Shown here: positions 62,891-64,000 of the stretch, piece after piece | Position numbering within the stretch: the first letter of the stretch is position 1 | How the letters are laid out: each line of letters starts with the position of its first letter | NCBI GenBank assembly: GCA_963843845.1 | Contig: CAWJMB010000002.1 | Span: forward strand, 1,472,001 to 1,536,000 | Direction of reading: 5' to 3' | Length of the DNA stretch: 64,000 nucleotides | Origin: an uncultured Gemmatimonadaceae bacterium | GTDB lineage: Bacteria; Gemmatimonadota; Gemmatimonadetes; Gemmatimonadales; Gemmatimonadaceae | Made by a program: the position numbers and the translations under genes | The notes under the pieces: generated by a model | What the model was told of the DNA's origin: nothing | Database searches by the model: none | Seen by the model: only the letters and a program-made list of their open reading frames with translations

Positions 62891-63120
62891 TGAAAGGCTA
62901 CGGGGGACCGTCGGTGACGACGCTCCCATGTAGGACAATCGAACGTCGAGGCGAGTATCGCGCTGCCGCGCGGCCTCGACGCGCTCTGGGTCCCCGCTCG
63001 TGCCGCAGTGGCGAGCATACCCGGCGAAGGCGGATGGATACCGGCTCCACTTCGGAGCGCCCTGGTCCAGCCGCGTTTTTGCTGAAAGGCGTTCCTTCGG
63101 ATTCCCAAAGTTTCCATAGC

Positions 63121-64000
<880 letters not shown>

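Noticed and set aside
47753..63120. Prophage, ICE or transposon as the island vehicle
   Set aside because: No integrase, transposase, phage gene or flanking direct repeat was seen, and the tRNA cluster has no adjacent integrase.

Overview
High-GC bacterial chromosomal window, probably Gemmatimonadota (inferred from gene style and content, not verified). About 1-47.7 kb is housekeeping: parA-like, ligA, a DivK/PleD-like pair, thymidine phosphorylase, gyrB-dciA-recF, topoisomerase IB, ccmEFH, uvrA, sdaAB/AA, pspA, cysS, four tRNAs, rpmG-secE-nusG-rplKAJL-rpoBC and rpsLG. Many essential genes carry small frameshifts, most likely long-read assembly errors. Two accessory blocks interrupt the core translation cluster. 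(i) Two paralogous PEP-CTERM genes lie between rpoC and rpsL. (ii) A ~15 kb surface-glycan island separates rpsG from fusA. Its centre is one 1325-aa ORF fusing a BcsA-type cellulose synthase plus PilZ to a BcsC-type TPR and outer-membrane barrel through an internal signal-peptide-like linker. No bcsB or bcsZ is present. Its neighbours are a G8/TMEM2-like beta-helix protein, two GT-C glycosyltransferases, a DPPR-synthase-like UbiA, a methyltransferase, a third PEP-CTERM protein and a MotA/ExbB-like membrane pair. Separately, the octamer CGTTAGGC recurs 11 times, always in frame on the coding strand, and accounts for nearly all TTA codons I could find. Coordinates were read by eye, and no database searches were run.
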